64,000 bases of DNA from the human T2T-CHM13v2.0 reference genome, Homo sapiens: the NCBI RefSeq assembly GCF_009914755.1, contig NC_060930.1. One strand, given 5' to 3'. Shown in pieces: positions 1 to 16,805 of this stretch. Made by a program: the position numbers and the translations under genes. Under the pieces are notes generated by a model. That model saw nothing but the letters and a program-made list of their open reading frames with translations. It did no database searches and was not told the DNA's origin. Position 1 is the stretch's first letter, and each line of letters opens with the position of its first letter.

Positions 1-539
1 TAATTGGTGTACCTGAAAGTGACGGGGAGAATGGAACCAAGTTGGAAAACACTCTGCAGGATATTATCCAGGAGAACTTCCCCAATCTAGCAACGCAGGC
101 CAGCATTCAAATTCAGGAAATAAAGAGAATGCCACAAAGATACTCCTCAAGAAGAGCAACTCTAAGACACATAATTATCAGATTCACCAAAGATGAAATG
201 AAGGAAAAAATGTTAAAGGCAGCCAGAGAGAAAGGTCGGGTTACCCCCAAAGGGAAGCCCATCAGACTAACAGCTGATCTCTTGGCAGAAAGTCTACAAG
301 CCAGAAGAGAGTGGGGGCCAATATTCAACATTCTTCAAGAAAAGAATTTTCAACCCAGAATTTCATATACAGCCAAACTAAGCTTCATAAGTGAAGGAGA
401 AATAACATACTTTACAGACAAACAAATGCTGAGAGATTTTGTCACCACCACGCCTGCCCTAAAAGAGCTCCTGAAGGAAGCACTAAACATGGAAAGGAAT
501 AACCGGTACCAGCCACTGCAAAAACATGACAAATTGTAA
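1..539 (+). pseudogene. L1 ORF1p, C-terminal part (RRM/CTD)
   Basis: ORF 42..539 ENFPNLA…RREWGPIFNIL…YTAKLSF. Stop TAA at 537-539. Confidence 0.95.
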
Positions 540-602
540 AGATCATCGAGGCTAGGAAGAAACTGCATCAACTAACAAGCAAAATAACTACCTAACATCA
601 TA

Positions 603-4420
<3,818 letters not shown>

Positions 4421-4637
4421 GCAATGAGAACACATGGACACAGGAAGGGGAACATCACACACCAGGGACTGTTGTGGGGTGGGGGGAGGGGGGAGGGATA
4501 GCATTAGGAGATATACCTAATGCTAAATGCCGAGTTGATGGGTGCAGCACACCAACATGGCACATGTATACATGTGTAACAAAACTGCACATTGTGCACA
4601 TGTACCCTAAAACTTAAAGTATAATAATAATAAAAAA

Positions 4638-5191
4638 AAGAAAATGTGGTGCCTATACACAATGAAGTACTATTCAGCCACAAAAAAACAAGATCCTGTT
4701 GTTTGCAACAACATGGATGGAAGTGGAGAACATTAAGTGAAATAAGTCAGGCACAGAAAGACAAACTTAGCGTGTTCTCACTTATTTATGGGAAAATTAA
4801 AATAATTGAACTAGTGGAGACAGAAAGTAGAATGATGGTTACCAGAGGCTGGGAAGGTAGTTGGGCAGGTTGGAGAAGGGAGCATGGTTAATGGGTACAA
4901 AAATATATTTACAGAAAATGATTAAGATCTAGTATTTGATAGCACAACTGGATGACTACAGTCAACAATAATTTATTGTACATTTTAAATAACTAAAAGA
5001 ATATAATTGGATAGTTTGCAACACAAAGAAAACATAAATGCTTGAGGTGATAGATGTCCTATTTACTTTGATGTGATTATTATGCATTGTATGCCTGTAT
5101 AAAAAATCTCATGTATCCTATAAATATGTATAGAAATGTATATTTTTTACATACAAAATTAAAAATAAGAAATTAAAATTTAAGAAAAAAA
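4638..5191 (+). mobile_element. Older L1MA (L1MA2/3-like) 3' end, apparently the target of the L1PA insertion
   Basis: aagaaaatgtgg…gaaataagtcaggcacagaaagacaaa…gtcaacaataatttattgtaca… followed by an A-rich tail. Confidence 0.85.
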
Positions 5192-5679
5192 TGTTAATTC
5201 TAACCACCCCTCCCAACTTACATACTAGTTGTCAAGTATTTTAATTCTTCCCTTTGTTTTAAGCCCTCACAAATTATATATCACTCTATAAAAATGATGT
5301 TTGTTTTGACTTGTTTTATGACTTTATTGATTTCTTTGTTCACCATTCTTTCTTTCATTTCAGCTCTTTCTTCTAGAATAATCTTTCTTTTTTCTTAAAT
5401 ATATGCTTTAGACATTCCTAAGTATGACACATGGACAGTTCTCTCAGTTTTTGATTCTCTGAAAATGACTTTATTTTGTTTCACGTTATTCTTAAAAGAT
5501 AGTTTTGGTTGGTACAGAAGAGTTGTTTTTCAGATATTATTCCACTCTCTTCTGCTTCTGTTGTTGCTGTTGAAGTTACAGTTGTAGTGTTAATTGTCAG
5601 CAGTCCAAGTGTCTTTTCTCTCTAGGTCATTTTTGTGATTTCCTTTTGAATTTTGGTGTTCTACAGTTTCACTACAATC

Positions 5680-5680
<1 letters not shown>

Positions 5681-5740
<60 letters not shown>
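5681..5740 (+). repeat. Perfect (AGAT)15 tetranucleotide microsatellite
   Basis: Read directly from the sequence. Confidence 0.98.
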
Positions 5741-5741
<1 letters not shown>

Positions 5742-5874
5742 TCCTGCTTGGTATAAATCGATTGATGTCTTCCCTCAATTCTGGAAAATGTGTAATTGTT
5801 ATCTCTTGAAATACTGCTTCTTCTTCATTCTCTTTATTTTCAGTCTGGGATTCTAACTATACATTTATTCACCT

Positions 5875-6042
5875 ACTTCTTCTCAAACCTTGGGTGTATA
5901 TGGTCACCTGAGGGGCTTCCTAGTCAATAAAGATTCTGATTCAAGAGGTCAGCAGTAAGGCTGAATCTGAATTTCTAACAATCTCCCAGGTGGATCTCTT
6001 GCTATTGTTTCTTGCACATGTCACAAGGGACATAGTACTAGA
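5875..6042. mobile_element. MER5-family hAT-Charlie fossil
   Basis: ttctcaaacct…tcacctgagggg…gattctgattca…atttctaacaatctcccaggtg. Confidence 0.6.
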
Positions 6043-6959
6043 CCTTCTCTTTTTATCCTCCACATCTCTTAACGTTTCTTTCATTTTACACCTCCCATTT
6101 CTCTGTGTTGCATTCTAGTTAATTTCTTCAAGCCTGTCTGCCAATTAACTTATTTCTCTTCTTTCATATCTATAATGTTCTTTAACCTCTGTTTTTCAAC
6201 AACTACATTTTTTATTTCTAAAATTTACATTTGATATTCTTGGAAAATTTTAAGTGCTTTATTGCATGTACATTTTTTGTTGTTCCATCTTCCATTCCTT
6301 TAAATAGTTCATAATATGTTGTTTTATATCCTACATCTTATGCAACTATATTTTATGATTATCATGTCTCAACTCTTTGAGGGTTCATATGTATTGTAGG
6401 TTACCTATGCTAACTATCATTGATATGGTTTAGTTTCTTTGCATGTTTGGTAATCTTTCTTTATGGGTTCATATTTGGCTGATCTTGATCAATGGAAAAC
6501 ATGAGAGCATAAAATAAAGATATTTTCACCAAAGTGGATTTGGTTTCCATCAAACACAAGCCAGGATAGGCTACCAACTTCTATCATGACTTAAATCACC
6601 TTGAAGTTTCTTACACTTAACCTGGGACATTCAAGTTTAGCAACTTCCCACATACGTCTTTTCACCAGACCAAAGTACAGTTTCTTAGTAGCAGTGACAA
6701 TTTGGCTCCTACCTTTGTTGGAATCCCTCATTACTTTTGCTTTAATTGCTTTTTAAGTCCTCGCAGCTTTTCCTTTTTTTCCGGTCCTTTGGAAATTTCT
6801 CTTACTTTCTTCAAACCCCAAAACATAAGAACTATGTCTTATGAAGTATCTAACTTTAGTCCCCAATAAGAAGACCTATGTGCACATGCACGCACACACA
6901 CACACACACTCAATCCATTATATTCCCAGAGCCACATGTCATGATAATAATTTTCACCT

Positions 6960-9900
6960 GAGTCTCCCTCACAATTGGCTGCGTGTGACTCTCATCCCAT
7001 TACATGGTTATTTCCCCAGGTCCTGACCATAATGTTTGAATACATTTCAGCAGCTAGAAAAATACTCACATTAGATTCCCAACTCACAGAGTAAGAGCTA
7101 TAGAAAAATATGGATATGCAGAGGCTATCTCTCTTTCCATACAGAATAGTAAGTCAAGAACAATACTACACCCCTAGGAGAAGTGCAGAGATTATTGCTA
7201 CCATGGAAGGCTGGAAAATGCAGAGTGGTAATTATAAAATGCTCAGTGTAATTCTCTAGTTTAGTTAATGCAAAACATGATTGATTTTGAGAGAGCAATA
7301 GTGAATTTTCATAACCTGAGTTAGTTGGTGACTCCAATAAAAGCTACTGTTCCAGATGTAATATTTTTAATGGACTAAATTAATACAACCATGGATACCT
7401 AATAACCAGTTATAGATCCGGTGACTTTTTTTCAATCCCAACAAGCAAAAAATACCAGAAACCAATAGCTTCCCTGGAAAAAGAGATTAGTACAGTAAGT
7501 CATCCTTTAATGTTGTCAATAAGTTATTGGAAACTGTGACTTTATGCAAGACGACATGCTCTGAAACCAATTTTATCATAGGCTAATTGACATAAACAAG
7601 AGCTAAGTTCCTACAGCATATTTTTGGTCACAAAACCATCACTAAACTTCTAAAGGCTCAAAACAGTTATAGTATTAACATTTGAAATAAATGTGAGCTA
7701 AACATACATTTAAGAAAGATTAATAGAAGCAAGTAAGGTAATTATTTACCCAGATAATTGTTTACTGGTTTTGGTGAACTGGTGAGTAACAGCAGTCCTA
7801 GTGATGGGTTAAATCAAGGAATAAGTGTTTGCAAGTCAAAAATTGAAAAGAGCACCTCCTACCACCACACAGTTCAAAATCACACAATAACAACTATGAC
7901 AGGCTCACTGAGCTCTTTCATCTGGCATCATTTATTGTCATGCATTTGGATGATTACTGTACACTTTATGAATTTTTATTGGACAATAACAAAATTCATT
8001 ATTCATTCATTTCCCAACCCACTTACTCCAGTTCAGGGTTGCCAGTGGATGGAACCTGTCAGGGCACGAGATTGGCACCAACACTATTCCACTGCAGAGT
8101 GCACTCACACATACCCCCACACTTACTCAGACTGAGACCATTTAGAAGATATACCAATTAACATAATGTATACATCTTTGGGATATGGGAGGAAATTAGA
8201 GTACCTGGAGAAACTCCACACAGAATGGGGAGAACATGGAGACTTCATACAGACAGAGGCCCCAGCGAAGAATCAATTCTTCTTTTTCTCATCAGGTTTA
8301 TTTATAATGAAACAACATTGAATAAAGAGATGTTATTCAAGGACCTGCTGTACATCTTTGTTATTCTGTGTTAGGACACGGCAACTCCTCAGTGCTATGC
8401 CACAATTTACTTCTCAGGGATCTGACTATTTCCCATTCCACAAGATATCTCCCTGGTCCATCACATTGTTGGTAATAATACAACCTGAAGAGCAAAAAGA
8501 AGCTGGTTGCCTAGAAGCCAGGCTCATCAGAAGATGGAAGGTGTCCTCCACAAAATTATAAAAATCTGAAAGCTCAGTAAAGTTTTTGGCAGACCAGTAG
8601 ACTGGCTCAGCATATTCCTTCCAGAATAAAAAATAAGTTGCAATATTTTGTAATACAATTCTTGGTGGGATCTTTGCATTTTTGAAGTAACACAAGCTAT
8701 ATTTACAAGGTAACTTGTTTATTTGGTGACCTGAAACTTTGCCTAATTTGAGTAAGGCCCAGAGCAAGAGAAGAGTCTTCATCTTGTCCTAGCTACACTG
8801 CAAACAGCTCTCTGCACCTTGATCCCCATGACTCAGCCAATGCTATGGCAAATTAAATGCCTTGGGCATATTAAGATAATATATGAAGGCTGGAGAAATT
8901 CCCATTAGAAGAATCACAATGAAGTCTCCTAAGAATCTGACAGAAAACCGCATCCTCTTTGGTATGTAGCTGTCATTCTTTTGGAAAACAGTAGTTTGAT
9001 TGCCACTGGGCCCTGCTAACCATGGTATACCTGATGATAAGGGACTCAGTTGACCATTATAAACTTGGTGTTACCAGATCTACCTAGCCCTAAACTGACT
9101 GCAAACAATACATTCCATAGTCAAGGAGAAGTTAGTGTATTAGAGACCAGCCTTAGACAGATCCTAAAAAAAAAAAATGTTGAATAAGAATGTTACCTAC
9201 TCTTCTAGCAGGCCTGAATCTCCCATGCTGCCATCTTCCCCTCAGCTTACTTCATGGGCCCACATTGCTGTGTGGAAAGTTCCCTATGATGCAGTGATAT
9301 AAAAGAGAAACCTGTGGCTGACAATAGGCAGAGACAGACCTCCATGATATTAGAGCACACTCAGGAAGAGAAGTGGAAGAGAGAATTTTTTCCAGTAGGC
9401 AGAACTTCAAGTACATTTCTTTGTCCACATTGGCTAGGAGAAGGGCAGATTGATTAGATTTAAGAGATCATCAAGCTCTTAAAAGAAACAGGATCAGAGG
9501 ATTGATGACAAGAAAAATATCTGTGTCTCATAGAGATGCTCATTATAATGTCTCCACTGCAGAGAAGGTTCTTAGTTGTCAGGTGAAGCTCAGCTAACCT
9601 GTGGTATTAGTTAGCCTCTTTCTCCAGCCAACCCATTTTTGTTCAGTGGGTTCTAAAATCATCCATATTGACAAGGACAGAGGTTATACACAAGGTCATC
9701 AACAAAGACCTACTCTTACTATGGTTGACTAAGTTTCTGTCAGAGTCAGGTGCCAAGTCTGCCAACAAGTTACTGACCCTGACTCCTCCAGTAAGGAAGA
9801 ATACTCTAATTGAACCAGGAATTCACCTGTCACAGATTCATTACACTGAATCCTGCTACATCCTTGGAACAGACATTTATTCTGGATTTGGGTATGCCTT

Positions 9901-11015
9901 CCATGTCTCATAATCTCCTCAAGTAGCACCTACCATAGACTTACTAGATGGCTTTTTCATCCCATGGAGTATCACACAACATTACTTCTGGCCAAGAAAG
10001 TCCTTTTAACTATAAAAAGAAATAAAGAAATGTTATAAAAATTCATTGGTCACGTCTGCTTTCTCATTACCCATATGTAGCTGGAATTGCCTATTAAAGA
10101 CTCAGTTACTATATCAGCCAGTATCTAACACTTTGCAAGCTTGAAATTCTCTCCTGTGGAATTTGGTAAATGCTCTGAAGAGCAATCAATTACTGGCTAG
10201 AAAACAAGAATTCCAACACTGAAGGGGTGAGTAGGGTTGGCCTTTTTTATAGCTACAACTCATGACTCATTTATAAAATATTTACTCCCAATCTCCATTA
10301 CTTTTTACTCTACTGACTTGAGTTTTTCATATCCAAGGGAGAAACGCTGCCATCAAAGGGTTTAACAATAATACCACTAAACTGAAAGTGGCAACTGCCA
10401 TCTGCTCAGTTAGTCTCTTGAGGACACCAGATAAAACAAAAAAGTGGTGTTTGATCCTGGTTGTCTAGGAGAAACAGAATAACTGCTGCACATTTGGGGC
10501 AGGAAGACTTTGGCTAAAATCCAGCTGATCTGGGGTGCCTCTATTAAGTCAAGAGGCAAAGATTAATGCAAGGGTCTTGCAATCCAAAACAAACTGGACA
10601 TCAAGAGTTCATATTCCTCAGAAATGAAGGCTTCATTGAGAAAGTCAACAGTCTGAGGTGCTAACTGAAGGAAATGTCAACCATGGCTCATGCCATTGCA
10701 GAAGTAAGAATTATGGCATCTACCCATCATTTCTTCCTTGTTGTGTTATGTATATAGTCATATACCTAGATACAATGCCCATCTTTTCTCTTTCCTTTTT
10801 CTCAGGATTGTTAACTTTACTGTTTGGTACTTATATTGCAGAACTTGGAGTGAGAACTTGATTGATACACTAAATACATTTTAGTTGCCTCTCTTCAGGA
10901 GCTTCTGATCATTGAGAAGGTGGTTACACAACATTAGGCAATTTTTGGAAGTGTAAGTTTGGGACTAGATTTTAATCTCTGTACATGGCACATAACACAA
11001 TGCAAAAGATAGAGT
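6960..11015 (+). mobile_element. Degenerate class III (ERV-L-type) internal region: RT/RNase H, integrase, dUTPase. Split by MER6.
   Basis: Translated remnants: VTPIKATVPDV (~7330), FFSIP (~7427), NSSVLCHNL…QDISLVHHI (~8383-8468, at the YIDD site), integrase GTDIYSGFGYAF (ORF 9668..9913) and HGVSHNITSGQESPF, and dUTPase-like KGETLPSKGLTIIPLN*KWQLP (~10335-10400). These resemble HERV-L Pol as I recall it. Confidence 0.85.
7493..8350 (+). mobile_element. MER6 (TcMar-Tigger), full-length, 858 bp
   Basis: Termini cagtaagtc…gacctgctg, with TA duplication at 7491-7492 and 8351-8352. Removing it rejoins the ERV-L RT sequence. Confidence 0.88.
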
Positions 11016-11064
11016 ATGTCATTCGTAATGTTTATGTCATTCGTAATGTTATCTGCATCCCATT

Positions 11065-11770
11065 ACAAACAGTTTTCTTCAGATCTATCTTCCAGTTTAT
11101 GAATTTACTCTTCAGTTGTGTCCAATATCCTGTTTAAAATGCTCACTCAGTTCTTACTTTAGTGTTTACATTTTCAATTTCTGGAAGTCATATTTGGCCT
11201 CTTTGATAGTATATTTCTTTTCACCATTTTAATATACCTTTTTAAAGTCTAACAGATAAATGTAACATCTGAATTCTTAGGCTCATGAGCTTGATATTTA
11301 TTATTGTCTTTACTGATTCTGGTTCAAGGTAAATTATTTCCTTGACTATTTTGTAATTTTAGATTGTGAACTCATCTTTAGAGGATCTTATTCTGTGGGA
11401 AACCACTTTGGCCTAGGCTGTGTGTTTGCTTTTCCCAGGTATCCATGGGTTTCACTGACCTGTGACAACTTCTCATCTTGTCTCTCAGCTTGTGGGTTCA
11501 TGAAACATAAAGAATAGTATATATTTGAATCACAAACCATGAGATGACAAGCCTGTGATTATAAAGTTCTCCAGGGGAGACTTTGTTCCCAAGCAACCAG
11601 TCTTAGCTAGAAAAGCTGCCACATGGCTTCCTTGCATGGGTGAACATATTTATTTTCTAGTCACTCTTTTACAAAGTGTTGCCCTTCAAGAGTCCCAGCT
11701 TTATGCATATATCTCAGTTCCAATTCCTATCTCTTGCAGTCCCCACATCTCATCATCTGTTGCTCCATGG
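11065..11770 (-). mobile_element. HAL1/L1ME-like fragment, antisense
   Basis: ttcttcagatctatcttccagttt…ctcttcagttgtgtccaat. Resembles 6115-6240. Confidence 0.5.
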
Positions 11771-11825
11771 TGTTACAGTCTATAGCCCTATCTTCTCATG
11801 ACTACTGGCACCCACCCCCACCTAA

Positions 11826-11867
11826 CACACACATACACACACACACACACACTCACACACACACACA
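11826..11867 (+). repeat. Imperfect (CA)n. A shorter one lies at 6883-6909.
   Basis: Read directly from the sequence. Confidence 0.9.
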
Positions 11868-14183
11868 TAGCAGTAACTGCTACGGTGTCAGATGTGACTT
11901 TCTATTCACTTTCTCCATGGAGATTATGTTTTATCGACTCATCTATGCATTTAAAGGAAAGGTTTAAAAATTTGTTCATATAGAATTTCTAGGCATTTTG
12001 TCATGAGAGGATTTGCAGTTTATTTCATATAAAATAATGTCTGGAAAGAAAGTCTCAGGTAGTAATAAATTAGAAATGGCTGTGAGATAATGAATCTTAA
12101 AGAAGGGGTTTAATTTGCTGAGAAAGAAAAAAGGAAATGGTAGCGGGAAAGAGGAAAAGGGCACCCCTGCAAGAGAGTGGTGGTTGTAAAGAAACACAAC
12201 AGAAAAGGGTAAAGCAATTGGCTTTCATGACTGAAGACAAAAATCTTTGACCCTACCAGGGAGTACTATTAGATGAAGGGGCATAGAAGTTGGGGAAAGA
12301 GTGTGCTGGGTCACGTGTATTCTGGGAGGTGATGGGAATTTTCTATTAAAGATCTGTATCAGGTCATTGCTAAAAGAAAGAAACAGTATATATGGCTTTA
12401 AGATCCAGCCCATATTCCCAGTTCTATGGGGAAAGAGACGGATGAAAAAAGCCTGACAGTTTTAAAATGAAAGTTCATTTAACCAAAGGAGATGTAATAG
12501 AGCTGAGAGATGACTACTGAAGTCCAAAAGGAGACTGAACTCTCTGATACAATTTGACATTGAACAAGTGTTGACAGATTAGCATCCACAAGCACTTCTG
12601 ACAAGACATAGTGCCCTCAGGCTGTGGACAAACCTGGAAGTGGGCAACTGACAGCGTGCAATACACACACCACTTTATTCTTCCTTGTCTGCATTTTGTG
12701 ATTACGAATCAGTTTTCTTTGACGTGCCCCATTTTTCACTGCAGCATCTTTGTCTCAGTGCCTTTATCAGTTATAACTTCATCAGAGCACTTGAGTGCAC
12801 CATTTACGAAGTTGCTTTTTGCTGAAAGTTAGAGAGTACAAACCAGTGCAATTCTATAGAACAAAAGAGAAGAAAGAAGCACTACCTGGAGACTCCAGCA
12901 CTGATGGCCTTCATTTTTCTAACAGAACATCCTTGTGAGGTGTTTTGCCAATAAATTTCTTTATGTGTTACAGTAAGATGAAATAACCATTGAGTTGATA
13001 ATGCATGTATGTTTTCTCTATAGGTGGATAAGATAAGAAAGTAAAGGCCTTTGATGTAATGTAAAGGATTCAATGTAATACTTAAATGCACGGTGAAGCA
13101 TTTGAATATGAATATCCACATGCAAGCTTCTCTTGCAAATCCTCTAGCTCATAATACAGTCAGTTATTCCTGTTCCAAATGAGAACTCAGTTCTCTCTGT
13201 AGGCAGCTCTATTTTATGCCCCTCCCTGTCTGTGTTCTCAGGCTTCCCTAATATATTCGAAGGCCTATAGTAGAGGACTGGCAAATCCTCTAATTTTTAG
13301 AAGCTATCCGTATGATCAGTTCAGCTTTGGCATCCTCTTCTGTTGATAAAATTGCTTGCTTTTATTCCATCATCCCACATGTTAATGTAATCCTAATCAC
13401 CATGGCATGATCAGCTCCAATGGCTGTATTCACAATTATGGTCTGTAAATAATCTATAACTCATGAATAAATAATCTGGTAAATATTATTCATGAAAGCA
13501 ACATCATGTCCTTAAAGTCACAGATTTCTCCAGGAATCAATTACAGCAAACAGGAGTTGGAAATTGCAACATAGCTTCTGCTGTGCCGCAAATGTCAGAT
13601 CCCTGCGATCAGATCAGTGTCTCTGTGTTCCTATCCTAATTGTGCCACTAAGCCACTAGTCCAGAGGAGGTAATTTACCCTCTTTCTGCCTCCCTTTTTC
13701 AATTAGCAAGGTGAGAGAAGGCTACTATTTGTAACTGGGCTAACAAAGTTCATTAAAAGTCAATGAATAAATTGACATTAATATAAGTTTAGATTCATAG
13801 AATATAAATTTTCTTGAAACATGCCTGCAAAAGTACCAGATGTCATTCTCCTAACTACTAGTTACTTCAAATTGCAAATGTTTGGCTTAAAAGTTAAATC
13901 AAGGCCATTTTTATTATAGTTTAATACCTCTTTGTATAACACATTATTCTAGTTTAACACAAAATAAATATATGTTGTGCTTGGGTATCCACCAAATCCC
14001 ATCCCTCCTAGAAATATGGCCCACAAAATATATTTGGTGAAAAAGCAAATAAAACCAAATAAACTCCAGCTGCCCTCATGGAAAGTTACTGCCCAGATGA
14101 GCTGAGTGTTCGCCTCCAAGAGTCTTAGATTGGGTGGGCAGCTAACCCTTTCCTGAATCTGTCTTGTATCCAGTCCAGTGAAC

Positions 14184-14195
14184 AGGAAACAGCTG
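14184..14195 (+). promoter_or_regulatory. ETS:E-box composite motif AGGAAACAGCTG (candidate enhancer core)
   Basis: Exact match to AGGAARCAGCTG. A second ETS core (ttcctgt) at ~14289 and AGATAA at 14471 lie nearby in non-repeat DNA. Confidence 0.4.
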
Positions 14196-15036
14196 ATGAC
14201 TGTTGAATTCCAACAGCCCTGCAGTGACCAGAAGCAGCAAGGTGCCCATCTCTGCCCAGGGCATCAAGTAATTCACAGACTCAGCGGTTCCTGTTGTGTT
14301 TTTTCTTCTTTTCAGTTCTTTCCATTTTTTTTTGTTTTTTTAGGCAGTTCTAGCAGACGGATCAATCAAAGCCCCAGAGCTCTTGTGCCCCTCAAAGAAG
14401 AACACAGAGAGATCCCATGTGTGAATAAATTTCCTCTCCTTCACTGATGCTCATTTTTCTTCTCATTAGCAGATAAAACTGAACTGGGCAGGATGGTTGT
14501 TAAGCCAACCCTTCTCTTGCTTTCACCACGAACATGTCTACATACGCTCTGGCTTATTCCATCTTCACGTTGCTCTCCCCTTTTCTTGTTCCTCTCTCTT
14601 CACCTTCAGATTTGATGTAAACATGTTTTTCAGAAGAATCCCCAGTAAATGTTCCATGAGTGGCCTTGCTTAATGGATTTCCCCCATCACTTACATTTTC
14701 CCCCAGCAATGTTCTCATCATGGCAATGCTGCTCTAGCGTGCAGGTGGAATGAGGTGGGATGGGGTTTGGATTCATGGTTCTCAAATACCCGTATGCTTA
14801 AGTGATGCCATGCCACATCTTTGCCTGGTTATAAAGAGACAAATACATTAATATGTCTTGCTTTAAATAGTCAATGCCTTTTCTTGATCTGCATGTTACA
14901 GATAAGCTGTATAACTCCCTCTTATCATGTACTCTGAAATTAACTCTTTTTTTTTTTTTTGTGCTACACTGGCTGGATCTGACCTATCATGCACTCTGTA
15001 TTTTCACATATTTATCACTGAAGCACAATTCCTGTA

Positions 15037-15466
15037 TAATATGGTTTGGCTCAGTGTCCCCACCCAAATTTCATGTTCAATTGTGATCCCAGGTATTGGA
15101 GGTGGGGCCTGGTGGAAGGTGATTGGATCATTGGGGTGATTTCTAATGGTTTAGTGCCATCCCCCTAGTGCTGTCTTATGATAGAGTTCTCATAAGATCT
15201 GGTTGTTTGAACGTGTGTAACACTTCCCCCTTTGCTCACTCTTGCTCTCTCTCTCTTTCTCTCTTTCTCTCTCTCTCTCCTGTCACCGTATGAAGACGTG
15301 CTTGCTTCCCCTTCACCCTTCTTTCCATGATTGTAAGTTTCCTGAGGCCTCCCCAGCCATGTCTCCTGTAGAGTTTGTGGAACCGTGAGTCAATGAAACC
15401 TGTCTTCTTTATAAACTACCCAGTCTCAGGTAGTTCTTTATAGCAATGTGATAACGGACCGATACA
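15037..15466 (+). mobile_element. MSTA-like MaLR solo LTR with internal (CT)n expansion
   Basis: taatatggtttggc…gatacA termini. 5-bp TSD ctgta/ccgta. Confidence 0.9.
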
Positions 15467-16805
15467 CCGTAAAAATCTGGAAAACTGATTTTGGTAAAAC
15501 AAGCACCTACCAGTTAATTTCACCTCTGGTCTTTACAAAACATATTATTACAAAGAATTTTGCTCTACTGCCTTGGCCATTCTTCTCAGCCACCATTCTT
15601 TTTCTCGTCACTCAGAAAGCAGCCTAAGGTTTGGGCAACCATCCTGACTTGTTTCGTGGCTGTGAAGGGGTCTGGTACACTTGCCAGCTGTTGTCTCTCA
15701 TCTTGTCAGGCTAGGGCCCAGCTGCTGAGACAGGTCTGCCCTGGCTCCTGTCAATCCGCAGAACCTCAGAGGTCTGTTAATATTGGCCATTCAATTCCTG
15801 GTCCAGATTGTCCCCCTCTGTCTTTGGCCACAGGGTCAGTTCTGCCCACACCAGTGATACAACCTGACCATGCCCCTTGTATCCCTCCTTAGGAGCAGGT
15901 AGAAATTTCTCTGTCCCATTTGGTCACACATGACCCAGGATTTCTTATAGGAGCTCAACTCAAACCCTTCTTCCATTCTGGGACTTCAATCAAATGTATC
16001 TTGATGGTCAAGGTCCATTAGGCCTTAACACATGAGTGATAAATACAAGAATCAGAGAATTTCTTTGCCTTAAAAAAAAGTCTGGTTTTTAAGAGCTGTG
16101 TCTTCTTGCAAAATCTTATTTTGGATTTCAGGAGCTAATTTTAAGTCTGTTGCTTTTCTTTTTATCTTGTTCTCCCCAACCCTTGCCTCAACACACACCC
16201 CCTCCCACTTTGTATTTCTGCTATAACAATCTTCAGCATCCCCAAGGCAAAGAATGTTCTCCAGAACAGTGGGAGGAACTGCAAAAGAGAAAGTATATAT
16301 GTAGTTTTTTAAAACTGTCCCCTCATAAGGACAAGGAGCCACATTCTGTCTGTACCTCAGTCAAAGGGCCTGACATCTACAGCTCATTCCTTTGTTTCCT
16401 TCAGACCCCCAAATCCTCTGTATTTCTTTCTTTTGAAACCATTCCTGACACCATCTTCATTTTTTCTTTTTCTCTCTTTAAATCACTGCCCACTTTTCTC
16501 TGTCCCTTGTGCACTCTGGGGATGAGGCCTTTATTGTTGCTTGAACTTCTCTGTCTTCTCTTCTTCTTGACATTATCTAAACTTTTCTTTTCCCCTTCAA
16601 TTTTTGTTGCTTTGACTTAAATTTCTTTGCCTCCATCCACCCCAAGCCTCATCTCCATTAAATACTTCTGCAACTAGGAATATATATTTTAGTTTTTAAA
16701 GCCTTTGGATCCATTTCTTCCCCCTAGTGCTTCTGGAATACAGAGAGGATATTTAATGTGGTTATTCAGGAAGTGTTAGAACCTATGTTCTGCGATGGGC
16801 ATCTA

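Larger units (their letters stand above)
5200..6820 (-). mobile_element. Ancient L1ME/HAL1-like fragment(s), antisense
   Basis: T-rich degenerate L1 ORF1-type sequence (ttctctcagtttttg…tctgaaaatgactttattt; aattctggaaaat…). Boundaries approximate. Confidence 0.55.

Noticed and set aside
16150-16620. 156-aa ORF with a hydrophobic C-terminus
   Set aside because: Non-ATG start, F/L/S bias from pyrimidine-rich DNA, and no recognisable domain.
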